NCBI GenBank assembly: GCA_041690135.1
Contig: JAWLHY010000011.1
Span: forward strand, 128,001 to 192,000
Direction: 5' to 3'
Source: Armatimonadota bacterium
GTDB taxonomy: Bacteria; Armatimonadota; SYMT01
DNA length: 64,000 nt
The notes under the pieces are model-generated. The model was not told the origin of the DNA and made no database searches. It saw only the letters and a program-made list of their open reading frames with translations. Shown piece by piece: positions 20,284-30,060 of the stretch. Within the stretch, counting starts at the first letter, position 1; each line of letters begins with the position of its first letter. Position numbers and translations under genes: made by a program.

Positions 20284-21735
20284 ATGAAAGACTTCCATTG
20301 CGGCCGATACCAGCGGGTCAGCAACCGCCGGGACTTCCTGAAGAAAGCCGGCGCCGGGTTCGGGTCCCTCGCACTCGCCGAGCTGCTCTCCTCGGAGGGG
20401 CTTCTCGCCGCGGAGGCGCCGGCATCAGCGGCTGACGCGAAGGGACGGTCTCCCGCCCCCGTCGTCGATCCCCTCGCGCCGCGCCGGCCCCACTTCACCC
20501 CGAAGGCCACGCGGATCATCTGGCTGTTCATGGAGGGAGGACCGAGCGGCGTCGACCTGTTCGATCCGAAGCCGGAGCTGACGAAACGGCACGGACAGAA
20601 GTACGACATCGACGTCTTCTTCGGCAACCCCGGACCGCTTATGCGGTCGCCCTTCTCCTTTCGGCAGTACGGGCAGAGCGGCGCGTGGGTCTGCGACCGC
20701 TACCCGAACGTTGCGAAGCACGTCGACGAGATCGCCTTCATCAAGAGCTGCTACACGGAGTCGAACAACCACGTGCCCGCGCTCTACCAGATGAACACCG
20801 GCATCCCGCGCCCCGGCTTCCCCAGCGCGGGGTCCTGGATCACTTACGGCCTGGGCTCCGAGAGCCGCAACCTGCCCGGCTACGTGGTTCTGGGGAATAG
20901 CCAGGGGGTCAAGGGCGGCTCGCTCATCTGGAGCTCCGGGTTCCTACCGACGGGCTATCAGGGCACCCTCTTCCGGTCGCAGGGGACACCGGTCCTGAAC
21001 CTCACCCGGCCGGACCGGGTGACCCGCGAGGACCAGCGGGCGCAGCTCGACCTGTTGAAGCAGCTCAACGGCGAGCACCTGGCGCAGCACGAGGGAGAAG
21101 CCGACCTGCTGACCCGCATCCAGAGCTTCGAGCTGGCGTTCCGAATGCAACTGGAAGCCACCGGTCTGGTCGACTTCTCCGACGAGTCGGAGGCCACCCG
21201 CACCCTCTACGGGCTCGACCGGGATGTCTCCCGCAACTTCGGGACGAAGTGTCTCATGGCGCGGCGGCTGATCGAGCGCGGGGTCCGGTTCATCCAGGTC
21301 TACAGCGACGGCGAGTGGGACGCCCACGGCAACCTGACCGCGAACCACACCGGCCACTGCGCCGCTACGGACCAGCCGATCCACGGTCTCCTCACCGACC
21401 TTCGCCAGCGGGGGCTGTTGGAGGACACCCTGGTGATCTGGGGCGGCGAGTTTGGGCGGATGCCTGTTTCCCAGGGCGGCGACGGCCGCGACCATAACCC
21501 GCACGGCTTCCTCACCTGGATGGCGGGGGCCGGCATCCGCGGCGGCACGAGTTACGGGGAAACGGACGAGATCGGCTACAAGGCGGCGGTCGACCGCGTG
21601 AGCGTCCACGATCTGCACGCCACGATGCTGCACCTGCTGGGGATCGATCATCAGAGGCTGACCTACTTCCACAACGGCCGCCGCTACCGGCTCACCGACG
21701 TAGCCGGCAATGTGCTCACGAAGATCCTCGCGTGA
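20284..21735 (+). CDS. DUF1501 domain protein
   Basis: NRRDFL Tat leader, FMEGGPSGVDLFDPKP, WGGEFGRMP, GRDHNP, SVHDLHAT. Confidence 0.92.
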   Translation: MKDFHCGRYQRVSNRRDFLKKAGAGFGSLALAELLSSEGLLAAEAPASAADAKGRSPAPVVDPLAPRRPHFTPKATRIIWLFMEGGPSGVDLFDPKPELTKRHGQKYDIDVFFGNPGPLMRSPFSFRQYGQSGAWVCDRYPNVAKHVDEIAFIKSCYTESNNHVPALYQMNTGIPRPGFPSAGSWITYGLGSESRNLPGYVVLGNSQGVKGGSLIWSSGFLPTGYQGTLFRSQGTPVLNLTRPDRVTREDQRAQLDLLKQLNGEHLAQHEGEADLLTRIQSFELAFRMQLEATGLVDFSDESEATRTLYGLDRDVSRNFGTKCLMARRLIERGVRFIQVYSDGEWDAHGNLTANHTGHCAATDQPIHGLLTDLRQRGLLEDTLVIWGGEFGRMPVSQGGDGRDHNPHGFLTWMAGAGIRGGTSYGETDEIGYKAAVDRVSVHDLHATMLHLLGIDHQRLTYFHNGRRYRLTDVAGNVLTKILA

Positions 21736-21765
21736 TTTCTCGGGTGCGCTTGAAACTGGCGACTG

Positions 21766-23007
21766 ATGGAGAGTGAACTAGCCCTGTTCGGGGGGAGGCC
21801 GGTCCGGGCGGAGTTTCCCCCGGCACGCCCCCGGCTCACCACGGAAGAAGCGCGGGCGGTCGCGGCCGTGCTCTCGGAATCCGAGTGGAGCCGGGCCGGG
21901 GACGACTGGCCGCTGCCGGCGGTGGATGCCCTGGAGCAGGAGTGGGCGAGCGCTCACGGGGTAGCCCATAGCGTCGCCGTATCCAGCGGGACAGCGGCCC
22001 TGATCCTCGTTCTGCGGGCGCTGCGGATTCCCGCGGGCGACGAGGTGATCGTTCCGGCCTACGGGTGTCCGGCAGTAGACGTGGCGGTGCTCGCGGCAGG
22101 CCTCACGCCGATCCACGCGGACCTCGACCCGGCGACCTACGCCCTCTCGCCGACCGCGGTGGCCGGCGCCGTAACGCCTCGCACGGCCGCGATCGTGGCG
22201 GTGCACTTCGCGGGCCAACCGGCCCATCTGCAGTCCCTCGCCCGCGTGGCCGAGCGGTCCGGAATCGCCCTCGTCGAAGACGCCTGCCTCGCTCCCGGCG
22301 CCGGCTACGAAGGGCGGAACGTGGGAACGTGGGGCCGTGCCGCCGTCTTCAGCCTGGGTGTGCACAAGCCGCTCTCGGCCGGGGAAGGCGGCCTGGTGGC
22401 GACCAACGACTCCGCCCTGGCGGCGGAGGTCCGGAAGCTGCGCAGCCTCGGCGCCGACCCGGAATCCGGCGAGATCGACCATCCCACGGGCAACTACCGG
22501 TTGAGCGCCCTGGCGGCGGCGGCGGCGCTCCCCCAACTGGCGCGCCTGGCAGCCGACTCGCAGCGCCGCAACCTGGCGGTGCGGCAGTTGCTCCTCGCTC
22601 TCCAGGATCAGCCTGCCTGGCAGCCCCTCACTCTCGACCCGCGCGCAACCTGCCCCGCGTGGGCCCAACTCTGGTTCCGCTGGAATCAACTGGCCACGGG
22701 CGTCCCGCGGGAACGGATCGTGGAAGTGGTGCGTGCCGAGGGGATCCCGCTCCACGTCGGGTGGTCGCTCCCCAACTACAGCCACTCCATGTACACGCCG
22801 GCGCACGCCTCCGAGTGGCTGCGCGCCCGCAACTCCGGCCGCGACCCGGACCACTACCTCCACACCTGCTGCCCCCATGCGGAGCGCGCCGCTTTCGAGG
22901 AAGCCCTGCTGCTCGATTTCCCATTGCTCAACGCCGATGCAGAGGCACTGGCGGACGCCGCTGCCGCCCTCCGGAAGGTGGGGGAGAACCTGGAGCGACT
23001 TCGTTGA
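21766..23007 (+). CDS. DegT/DnrJ/EryC1/StrS-family PLP-dependent aminotransferase
   Basis: VSSGTAAL, GDEVIVP, VHFAG, LVEDAC, and FSLGVHKPLSAGEGG with the PLP lysine. Confidence 0.88.
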   Translation: MESELALFGGRPVRAEFPPARPRLTTEEARAVAAVLSESEWSRAGDDWPLPAVDALEQEWASAHGVAHSVAVSSGTAALILVLRALRIPAGDEVIVPAYGCPAVDVAVLAAGLTPIHADLDPATYALSPTAVAGAVTPRTAAIVAVHFAGQPAHLQSLARVAERSGIALVEDACLAPGAGYEGRNVGTWGRAAVFSLGVHKPLSAGEGGLVATNDSALAAEVRKLRSLGADPESGEIDHPTGNYRLSALAAAAALPQLARLAADSQRRNLAVRQLLLALQDQPAWQPLTLDPRATCPAWAQLWFRWNQLATGVPRERIVEVVRAEGIPLHVGWSLPNYSHSMYTPAHASEWLRARNSGRDPDHYLHTCCPHAERAAFEEALLLDFPLLNADAEALADAAAALRKVGENLERLR

Positions 23008-23010
23008 AGT

Positions 23011-23109
23011 GAGGGGTTGGGGGTCAGGGGTTAGGGGTCGGGAGTCGGGGGTTAGGGGCAGAGATAAGGGATTAAGGTGGAGGATTGGGAGTCGGGGACT
23101 GGGAGCGGG
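23011..23109. repeat. G-rich heptamer tandem repeat (GGGGTYR)n
   Basis: gaggggttgggggtcaggggttaggggtcgggagtcgggggttagggg...; similar tract at 63373-63410. Confidence 0.75.
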
Positions 23110-23147
23110 TGCGTAAACATTGACGTCCACCGTGCCCAGGTTCCCTA

Positions 23148-23708
23148 CCTCACCCCTGGCCCCTCTCCCACGCTGCGGGAGAGGGGAATCCGGTGCTCAA
23201 GACAAGGCAAAGCTACCGTTGGCAGCAATCACTCCCTAGGCGTCATTGTTATGAATTACTGCCCATGTACCACATCACCTGGTTGCTCGGTCTGTTCATA
23301 CGAATGTGCCAGTAGATGTGCTTCGATGCGCGCCAGAACACTGTCAAGGTCGTTCTGCACTTCAGAGTTTCCGAAGCGCAAGACTGTCAGACCAAACCCG
23401 GAAAGTGTCTGTTCTCGTAGGGCATCTCGTTCGCGTTGCTCGGGTTCCAGGTGGACCGCGCCATCAAGTTCCACTACGAGGCGGGCGTCGTCGCAGAAGA
23501 AATCGACGACGAACTGACCGATGCACGAGTGCACATGTACTTCGGCTACGTTCTCCCATTTTCCACTTCGTAGGACAGCGGTAGAGGCTTCCGCAATGTC
23601 CATGCTTGGCGCAGGCATGAACCACTGCCGCCAAGCCGGGAAAACCTCCTCACCTTGAACACGAGACTCCCCTCTCCCGCAGCGTGGGAGAGGGGGAAGG
23701 GGGTGAGG
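23148..23708. mobile_element. Putative element: DUF559 remnant bracketed by ~40-bp inverted, internally palindromic repeats
   Basis: 23148-23187 CCTCACCCCTGGCCCCTCTCCCACGCTGCGGGAGAGGGGA matches the reverse complement of 23668-23708, CCTCACCCCCTTCCCCCTCTCCCACGCTGCGGGAGAGGGGA. The interior is lower in GC. Confidence 0.6.
23256..23618 (-). pseudogene. DUF559 (Vsr-like) endonuclease with a degraded N-terminus
   Basis: IGQFVVDFFC..ARLVVELDGAVH...RERDALRE..L...GLTVLRFGNSEV is typical of DUF559. The usual N-terminal ...FRRQ segment is missing; LRQAWTLRK lies in another frame that ends in TAG. Confidence 0.75.
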
Positions 23709-23920
23709 GCCGAGCGGCCGCTCCCCCTTCGCTCTATTCGCGCAATTCGCGGATCGCTTGGCCCTCTCGCGGAGCCGAGTTGCAACCCGGGTGCTCGCTT
23801 ATTGTTGGAGGGGATAAGTTGAGTCCGACAAACGCAACATAGGCCCCACAGGTTCGCCTGAAGAGATTGGGGGTGTCCGGGGGACAATTAATGCGGACCG
23901 GACGAAGGGGAACGGCCCGT

Positions 23921-26248
23921 ATGATCCCCCAGCAAAGAAACAAACAACTCAACGCTGCACGATGGCTCGTAGGCACCCTCCTCTCCCTGGTGGTTGGGGC
24001 GGCACCCCCCGCGCACGCCCAGGCCCCGGCGCCCGCCGCCATGCCGCCGGCCGTGGCCCCCATGTTGAACCCGGGCGCGGTGGTGCGGCGCGTGGTGTTG
24101 AAGGATGCCGCTTCCGCGGAGCAGTTCCGCCTCAAGCTGGAGCAGATGAAGGCGAACGGCCTCTTCCGCGACCAGTTGACCCAGTTCGACCCCAAGAAGC
24201 CCGTCCTCATCGAGATTTCGTTCCTCACCAGCGGCAACTACCTGCTGGTGGTCGGCAGTAAGGATTGGGTCGAAGCCAACATCGAGTCGATCCGGCTGAT
24301 GGGTTACCTCTACGAGCGGCCTCGCGCGCACCTGCAGCTCAGCCTGCGGGTGGTGCAGCTCACCGGGCCGGCCAACGCGGATGTGATCCAGATGTCGGAG
24401 ACGGTGCGGGCCCTGGTCGACGCGCAGCGCGAGGAGATCGTCCGGACCTTCGGTGACCTGCAGAACTACCTGGTCGAGCGCTTCCGCCAGCGGGCCGGCA
24501 CCGAGCGGCACGTATTCGAGGCGGTGAAGAGCCTGCTCCCCGGCCTGGGTCTGGAAGACCGGCCGCTCACCGTTCCCGAGATCCTACTCCTGATGATGCT
24601 GGACCGCACTTCGCCGGCCCCCCAGGTGCGCGCGGGCGCCGGGGACGCCGGATCGGCAACGGAGGCGGCCTTCCTCGACCTGCAGCAGGTGCTGGCCCTG
24701 GGGCTCCGCGATCCGCACACCACGGATGAAGCGATCGCCAAGAATGCCCAGGAATCCCTGGCCGGCTGGAAGAAGGCCGTGGCCGCGGCGCGGGATTGGA
24801 GCGCCCACTATGCCGAGCAGGTGAAGAAGGAGAAGGACAAGGACGACAAGCAAGGGATCGGCGGCGGGCTGGGCGCTTTCCGTGAGGCCCTGCAGAGCCC
24901 CGATAATCCGCTGCCGGTGTGGTTGTCCCGGCGGCTGCAGCGCTCCTTCGAGCTGACCGAGCGCCTCTACCCCAGCCTCCTTCGCCGGCACACGGAGCAG
25001 ACCCTGCAGGAGTTGCAGCGGCGGTTCGCCGCGGCGTACGAGCGAGCCGAAGCGCTGGAGAAGGCGCTGGTTACCGGCGAGATGCCCCCGATGCCGGAGC
25101 CGAAAAAGAAGGGGGAGGCCGTGCCCGCTCCGCCGGAAGGCCGGGTGCGCCGGGTGCTGGTGGCCCTGAAGTCGCTCGCGGAGGAGATGGTCCCCGCTCC
25201 CCTGGCGGTGTTCGAGTCCGTGGCGCAGGTCGCCGACAACTCCGCGCCCACCGCGCAGCAGTTGATCCAGATGTTCACGGATTACGGCGTGGAGCGCAAG
25301 AAACTGGAGATGCGCCTGGCCGGTGCGGACCAGACGACCTCTCCCAAGGTGAACTACGCGCGGCTGCAGAGCCTGGAAGCCGGCCTCAACCTCTGGCTGC
25401 GACGGGTGAGCGAGTCGATGGCCCGCGCCCTGGAGCAGCAGTTCTACAGCCGGTACGTGAACGAGCTCCGCCTCCTGGCCAACAAGCAGCTCGGCAAGAG
25501 CTCCAGCCGCGACCTCCTGATGGAAACCGCGATCGACGAGATTCCGGACGTTACGCGGGATCTCGTGCTGGCGGATTCCGGGGTCAACATCTTCCTGTCC
25601 AACAGCATCTCGCTCCAGTTCGCTCCGGAGACCACCAACAGCGTCTCCGCGCAGGTGCAGTCCCCGCTGCCTTCCAAGCAGAGCCTGCTGGAGCGCCTCC
25701 AGCAGGCCCAGGCCGCCTCCAGCGCCGTGAATGCTCTCAGCACGCAGTTCGGCATCAACGGCGAAGGGATCATCAAGTCGCTGCTGGCCGGGGGCCAGGC
25801 AGTCCCCGTGCAGGGCGGCATCAGCCTTTCCGCAAGTCCCAGCATCGGCTTCGATGCAAGCACCGTCACGCTTTCACTGACGGCCAACCAGACCCTCGAG
25901 CCCAACAATGCCAAGGTGGCCGACCGGGTCACCAACCACAGCATCAACAACGCGACCATCACGGCGCTCTCCTACGAGCCGATGGTCCTCTCCACCCTCG
26001 CCAGCAACGTCAGCTTCTTCGAAACGAGCGGGGGCATTCCCATCCTCCGCAAGACCCCTGTGCTCAAGGAGCTGCTCAAGGACCTCCCCGGACCGCTCAA
26101 AGAGAAGAAGCGGCAGAAGGGGGTCTACCAGAGCAGCGTCATCATCCTGGAGCCGGTGGTCATCCCCACCATCGAAGATCTCATCCGGTTCCACGGCGGC
26201 TGGCAGATGGCCGCGCTGACGGCGGACGAGTCCGAACTGGACAAGTAG
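23921..26248 (+). CDS. Divergent secretin-like outer-membrane protein with a large helical insertion
   Basis: Signal peptide (AHA-Q). SGNYLLVVGS...RPRAHLQLSLRVVQL resembles the Secretin_N to barrel junction. The C-terminus (ISLSASPSI...GGIPILRKTPVLKELLK...SVIILEPVVI) resembles the secretin signature. Confidence 0.6.
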   Translation: MIPQQRNKQLNAARWLVGTLLSLVVGAAPPAHAQAPAPAAMPPAVAPMLNPGAVVRRVVLKDAASAEQFRLKLEQMKANGLFRDQLTQFDPKKPVLIEISFLTSGNYLLVVGSKDWVEANIESIRLMGYLYERPRAHLQLSLRVVQLTGPANADVIQMSETVRALVDAQREEIVRTFGDLQNYLVERFRQRAGTERHVFEAVKSLLPGLGLEDRPLTVPEILLLMMLDRTSPAPQVRAGAGDAGSATEAAFLDLQQVLALGLRDPHTTDEAIAKNAQESLAGWKKAVAAARDWSAHYAEQVKKEKDKDDKQGIGGGLGAFREALQSPDNPLPVWLSRRLQRSFELTERLYPSLLRRHTEQTLQELQRRFAAAYERAEALEKALVTGEMPPMPEPKKKGEAVPAPPEGRVRRVLVALKSLAEEMVPAPLAVFESVAQVADNSAPTAQQLIQMFTDYGVERKKLEMRLAGADQTTSPKVNYARLQSLEAGLNLWLRRVSESMARALEQQFYSRYVNELRLLANKQLGKSSSRDLLMETAIDEIPDVTRDLVLADSGVNIFLSNSISLQFAPETTNSVSAQVQSPLPSKQSLLERLQQAQAASSAVNALSTQFGINGEGIIKSLLAGGQAVPVQGGISLSASPSIGFDASTVTLSLTANQTLEPNNAKVADRVTNHSINNATITALSYEPMVLSTLASNVSFFETSGGIPILRKTPVLKELLKDLPGPLKEKKRQKGVYQSSVIILEPVVIPTIEDLIRFHGGWQMAALTADESELDK

Positions 26249-26369
26249 TCCCGAACCGCCTGCTCACTCGTTCCGTCATGGGGGCTGTAGGACACCGCGA
26301 AGCGAGCGGTGCACAGTTTTCGAGTGGGGAAGAGACCCCCTCGCACGCCTTCAGCTACGGGAGAGACCG

Positions 26370-26903
26370 ATGGACTACCAGAAGCTTCAGCGTTGGATGG
26401 GATTGGGTCTGGGGGCGCTGGCCCTCAGTGGAATGACGATGGCAGTGACTTGCAAGGCCATGGCCGAAGGGGAAGGTGTGCTCCAGGCACCGGACACGGC
26501 CCAGGCGGAGCGCCCGTTCCCTCCCGGCGGTGAAGGCGCGTTCGGGGGTGGTCCCGGTGGACAGGGTGGGTTCGGCGGCCCCGGCGGATTTGGGGGTCCG
26601 GGTGGCCCGGGCGGGTTCGGAGGGCCGGGCGGCCCCGGCGGACCGCCACCGTTCATGATGGGCGGTGGGGCTGCCATGACGGCCAATGCGAATACCGTAT
26701 TTGTGCTGCGCGGCAACACCATCATCGCGCTGGACGCCAAGACGCTGAAGCAGACCGCGAAGGCGGAACTCCCTCCGATGGAATTCGGCCCCGGCGGCCC
26801 CGGTGGGCGCCAAGGGTTCGGCGGCCCGGGTGGGCCCGGCGGGCGCCCCGGATTCGGCGGACAGGGGCGGCCGGGAGCCCCGCGCGACGGCGGTAACGAG
26901 TAA
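26370..26903 (+). CDS. Secreted Gly/Pro-rich low-complexity protein
   Basis: RBS GGGAGA, signal peptide, GGPGG(F) repeats flanking a short beta segment (VFVLRGNTIIALDAKTLK). Confidence 0.7.
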   Translation: MDYQKLQRWMGLGLGALALSGMTMAVTCKAMAEGEGVLQAPDTAQAERPFPPGGEGAFGGGPGGQGGFGGPGGFGGPGGPGGFGGPGGPGGPPPFMMGGGAAMTANANTVFVLRGNTIIALDAKTLKQTAKAELPPMEFGPGGPGGRQGFGGPGGPGGRPGFGGQGRPGAPRDGGNE

Positions 26904-27069
26904 AGCCAACACCCAGCCGAGGGTTCTCCGGGGGCGGGCGGGGAGGACCGCCCGCCCCCGTGCTTGTCAATGGGCTTGTCAATGGGAGTGTAAGAACGGG
27001 TGGATGCGGGAAGAACAGCCCGTTGGGCCGCGAAGAGCCGCGGTTCAGAGTTCCGGACACTCCACCCCG

Positions 27070-27522
27070 ATGAGCTTCTTTGGCCTCCCACTCGATGCCC
27101 CCGAGCCTTCCGACGACCCTCTTGAAGCGCGCGAGCAGGAGATGCTCGACCATCTGGCCGACAGCGACACCCCCCTGCAGGTGCGAGTGCTGGACCGGCA
27201 AGGAGTGCCGGTGGTGGCGCCCATGGGAGAGGTCGACGCCTATACGGTCGATGCTTTCCGCGAGCGAGTGATGGAAGTTGTCGGACGCCAACCGTCCGCG
27301 GTAGTGATCGACCTGAGTGCGGCCAGCTACCTCGATTCCACGGGAATGGCCGTGCTGCTCCAGGCCGCGCGGTTGCTTCCCCAGGCGATCGTGGTGGTGA
27401 GCCCGCGGCCTCGCGTAACGCGCTTGTTCGAAGCGACTGGGCTCGCCCGGTGCGTGAGGGTTACTCGTACCTTACCCGAGGCCCTGGGCCTCTGCGCCCA
27501 GGGCGGACAGGGCCAACCGTAG
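27070..27522 (+). CDS. STAS-domain anti-sigma-factor antagonist
   Basis: GEVDAYTV, VVIDLSAASYLDSTGMAVL with the phospho-acceptor Ser. Start could be 27070 or 27142. Confidence 0.85.
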   Translation: MSFFGLPLDAPEPSDDPLEAREQEMLDHLADSDTPLQVRVLDRQGVPVVAPMGEVDAYTVDAFRERVMEVVGRQPSAVVIDLSAASYLDSTGMAVLLQAARLLPQAIVVVSPRPRVTRLFEATGLARCVRVTRTLPEALGLCAQGGQGQP

Positions 27523-29880
27523 CTCGTCCAAGCGGGCAAGGACCGCATCCAGCGCCTGGGGCAATGCCTGCCGCTGCCCTTCGCGGGCGCGCAGTTCGAG
27601 GTGGTATGCGGCCTCCTGGGCTGCCGGCGCATGGAAGGTCGCCACAGTCCCCTTGAGCGTGTGAGCCAACGCTTCCACCGCTTTCAGATCTCCCTCTCTT
27701 ACCGCGTCCCGAAGGGACCGTTCGAAGCGCGGGCATTCTTCCCGGAACAGGTCGATCAACTCCGCGAGTAGGTCCTCGTCATCCTCATATTGCGCCTGGA
27801 GTGCAGGGACGTCGAGTGTTCTCACCGGCATTGTGGGCTCGGATCTCCCGATGCCGGCGGGTTGATAGGGCCGCAGGCCCCCCAGGACCTCAAACAGTGC
27901 ATGTGCCTGGACGGGTTTGCAGATGAATGCATCCATCCCGGCCTCCAGGCACTTCTGACGGTCCTCGGGCAGGGTGTGAGCAGTAAGCGCCACGATCGGC
28001 AGGTGGCTTCCGGTACCGGCCTCTCGTTCCCGCAGCCGTCGGGTTGCTTCCAGCCCATCCATTTCCGGCATTTGCACGTCCATAAGCACGAGATCGAACC
28101 GGTGCTCAGCTATCGCCGCGAGGGCTTCTACTCCGGTCACGGCCACTTTAACGGAGTGACCGTGCTTCTCGAGAAGACGGGTGATCAACTTTTCATTGAT
28201 GGCGTTATCCTCGGCAAGCAGGATGCGCAATGGCGGTGGGGAGGCATTCTGTCGTCCTGCGGTGCCCGACGGGGAAGGGCGATCCGGCGTTCCTCCATCC
28301 GCCTGGCGCAGCCGGCATGTAAAGTGGAAGGTGCTTCCGCGCGCCGGCTCACTTTCCACCCAGAGCCGCCCGCCCATCATCTGGACCAGCTGCTGCGAGA
28401 TCGCCAGCCCCAGTCCCGTCCCGCCATATTGGCGGGTCGTGGAGGCATCCGCCTGGGAGAAGGCTTCGAAGATGAGTGCTAGTTTCTCACCAGGGATGCC
28501 GATGCCGGTGTCGGCAATCCGGAAATGGAGGTGAGCTTCATCATCCAGCAGGCGGGGGAACGCCGGGGCCGTATCTCGATCGGCGACAGCGGCCGCCGGC
28601 GCGACTTCGAGGTGGATTGTGCCCACATGGGTGAACTTGACGGCATTCCCGGCCAGGTTCAGCAGTACCTGCCGCAGCCGGGTAGGATCACCGACGACGG
28701 CAGTCGGCGTGTCGGGGGAGATTCCCCAGGTGAACGCCACTCCCTTCTGGCGAGCCCGCACCACCAGCGGCTGCACCGTCTCCTCGAGCAACTCCCGCAG
28801 ATCGAAGGAAACGTTTTCGAGGTCTAGCTTGCCCGCTTCCATCTTGGAGAAATCCAGGATGTCATTGATGATGGCCAGCAGCGTATCGGCCGAGGCCTTG
28901 ACCATCGTGAGATACTCGCGCTGCTCCGCCGTAAGCTCGGTGTCCAGCGCCAGTTCCGTCATGCCGAGGATGCCGTTCATCGGCGTGCGGATCTCGTGGC
29001 TCACGTTCGCCAGAAATTCACTCTTCGTGCGGCTGGCCATTTCGGCGGCATCCTTGGCCGCCTGGAGCTCTTGTTGAAACCGCTTTCGCTCGGCGATGTC
29101 GCGCGAGATCACGATGATGATCGTGCGGCCCTCGTCATCCGTGGCGGTACTGCCGACCGCCTCCAGCACGCGCCAGGTGCCGTCGCGGTGTCGGAACCGG
29201 AATTCCTGGAGCGCCGAACCCTTCTCGTTCGCCAGAGCCCGTCCCAGCCCGGCCTCCAGGACGGGCTGGTCCTCTGGATGGACGAATTCGCGACAGTTGC
29301 TCCCGATCAACTCTTCCGGGGCATAACCCAGCATGGGCCGGATCGCCGGGCTCTCATACAGAATAGTGCCGTCCGGGCGAAGGAGTGTGATGACGTCGCT
29401 GGCATTCTCTACCAGTGAGCGAAATCGTTCCTCACTGACCCGAAGCGCCTGCATCAGCCGCGCGTTGTCGAGGGCGGCGCCTTCTTGACTTCGGCGCCAG
29501 GCCCGCAGTTCCAGTTCGGAGAGGGCGCCGGCGGCCAGTTCCGTCACCGCCTCACGCGCCTCCGTCCGCAGGGGAACGCCTCTTCCCGGCCAGACGAGGA
29601 TGCGGCCGACGGTTGAACCGGTATACAAGAGGGGGATCGAAAGGGGCACCGGAACCTCGCGGGTGGCCGGCGTCCCCGGCGGGTGGCCCACTTCCGCCAG
29701 CACCCGTTCGCCAGCGTCGGTCGTCCACAGCAGGCGCAGGTGGTGCGCATCCAGTAAGCTTGCCGCTACGCGCAGCGTGCGCTCCCATAAGGGCCGGGCC
29801 CCTGCGTCCAGTGCAGTCGCATGAAGGGTCGTGAGGGCCGGTCGGCCGGTGGACTGGCTGGCGCACAAAGAAGAAGTCAT
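27472..29880 (-). CDS. Hybrid sensor histidine kinase (GAF-like, PAS, HisKA, HATPase, REC, HPt)
   Basis: [54 protein letters not shown]. The 3' end overlaps the convergent STAS gene. Confidence 0.93.
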   Translation of the reverse strand: MTSSLCASQSTGRPALTTLHATALDAGARPLWERTLRVAASLLDAHHLRLLWTTDAGERVLAEVGHPPGTPATREVPVPLSIPLLYTGSTVGRILVWPGRGVPLRTEAREAVTELAAGALSELELRAWRRSQEGAALDNARLMQALRVSEERFRSLVENASDVITLLRPDGTILYESPAIRPMLGYAPEELIGSNCREFVHPEDQPVLEAGLGRALANEKGSALQEFRFRHRDGTWRVLEAVGSTATDDEGRTIIIVISRDIAERKRFQQELQAAKDAAEMASRTKSEFLANVSHEIRTPMNGILGMTELALDTELTAEQREYLTMVKASADTLLAIINDILDFSKMEAGKLDLENVSFDLRELLEETVQPLVVRARQKGVAFTWGISPDTPTAVVGDPTRLRQVLLNLAGNAVKFTHVGTIHLEVAPAAAVADRDTAPAFPRLLDDEAHLHFRIADTGIGIPGEKLALIFEAFSQADASTTRQYGGTGLGLAISQQLVQMMGGRLWVESEPARGSTFHFTCRLRQADGGTPDRPSPSGTAGRQNASPPPLRILLAEDNAINEKLITRLLEKHGHSVKVAVTGVEALAAIAEHRFDLVLMDVQMPEMDGLEATRRLREREAGTGSHLPIVALTAHTLPEDRQKCLEAGMDAFICKPVQAHALFEVLGGLRPYQPAGIGRSEPTMPVRTLDVPALQAQYEDDEDLLAELIDLFREECPRFERSLRDAVREGDLKAVEALAHTLKGTVATFHAPAAQEAAYHLELRAREGQRQALPQALDAVLARLDELRLALSALGAEAQGLG

Positions 29881-30060
29881 GGGGTACGCGCGGACTCTGA
29901 ATGGAAAGTAAACCTCTGCGGGAATGGGACGCACAGGATTCCCATGTACAGCTTTCGGCCGCTTTTCCCCAAACCTCAAGGCCCTGCCCCGTTATACTCG
30001 TGCCCCTACACAGGCACTCCCCTTCGCGGCATTCTCCTCATGACCCCAAGGAGTCGCTGT

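Noticed and set aside
26963-26986. Duplicated CTTGTCAATGGG (TTGACA on the minus strand) as a promoter
   Set aside because: No matching -10 element and no minus-strand gene downstream; it may be a chance 12-bp duplication.
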